The notes below the pieces were generated by a model that did no database searches, was not told the DNA's origin, and saw only the letters and a list, made by a program, of their open reading frames with translations. From an uncultured Chthonomonadaceae bacterium (lineage in GTDB: Bacteria > Armatimonadota > Chthonomonadetes > Chthonomonadales > Chthonomonadaceae): a DNA stretch of 64,000 nt. A program made the translations under genes and the position numbers. Positions 63,677 to 64,000 of this stretch are shown here, one piece after another (the first letter of the stretch is position 1; every line of letters begins with the position of its first letter). Where the stretch lies: NCBI GenBank assembly GCA_963817895.1, contig CAWFQB010000003.1, forward strand, positions 480,001 to 544,000. The letters run 5' to 3'.

Positions 63677-64000
63677 GACGGCGCGCGCTGCTAACCTTTG
63701 TTCTATTGTCGGCCCTTGTTGCGGGTGTTTTTCGCAGCGTAGCGTCGCAGTCGCAGCCCCTTTTCGGTCGGAACATCATCGCGCAAGTCCACGCCGGTTC
63801 CCAACCTGGAAACGAAGCGTCAAACCCGGATGGGGACGCGCAACATGTAACCCTGTTTACGGTTTTCGCTGGTTTCAGGCCCACAGTTCTGGCCTCCGTC
63901 CTGCCTGGCGGACGCCGAGAACAACGTATCGAAATCAACGTGGTTGATTTTGATGTGCCGGACAACAATCTTCAGCCGACACACCGTTATACTCTGCTCG
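63673..64000 (+). CDS. Secreted hypothetical protein, runs off the window
   Basis: Hand translation MRRRALLTFVLLSALVAGVFRSVASQSQP...; open to the end of the window; AAGGAG upstream. Confidence 0.65.
   Translation, partial: MRRRALLTFVLLSALVAGVFRSVASQSQPLFGRNIIAQVHAGSQPGNEASNPDGDAQHVTLFTVFAGFRPTVLASVLPGGRREQRIEINVVDFDVPDNNLQPTHRYTLL

Overview
GC-rich bacterial chromosomal segment from a diderm. LptD-like, PEP-CTERM and planctomycete-type DUF1549/DUF1553/DUF1501 genes together suggest Armatimonadota, which is inference only. Housekeeping genes: alaS, rnc-mtnP-mtnA-apt, pgi, trxC, an ECF sigma factor, a parvulin PPIase, an AcuC-like deacetylase and a HerA-like ATPase. Accessory content: a C30-carotenoid-type cluster (CrtN-like, AldH-like, CrtP-like), an AT-richer AIPR + DUF433/DUF5615 defence islet, a ROK-led cytochrome c/DUF1553/SGNH/DUF1501 operon, and many secreted or repeat proteins. 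Many genes, including rnc, pgi and apt, carry single-base frameshifts, most likely uncorrected long-read errors. No tRNA, rRNA, CRISPR array or transposase was recognised. Best unexplained signals: (1) a candidate type I toxin-antitoxin locus at 42.0-42.4 kb, a small hydrophobic/basic ORF facing a perfect TTGACA-17-TATAAT antisense promoter; (2) many different 7-9 bp tandem arrays set as long inverted pairs at gene ends and inserted in frame into proteins; (3) three IS5-like MITEs with TWA flanks; (4) an uncharacterised operon at 60.6-64 kb whose first protein begins with an SMP/TULIP-like motif; (5) paired HEAT proteins with a triple LLR C-terminal tail. All family assignments come from motif recognition by eye, not from database searches.
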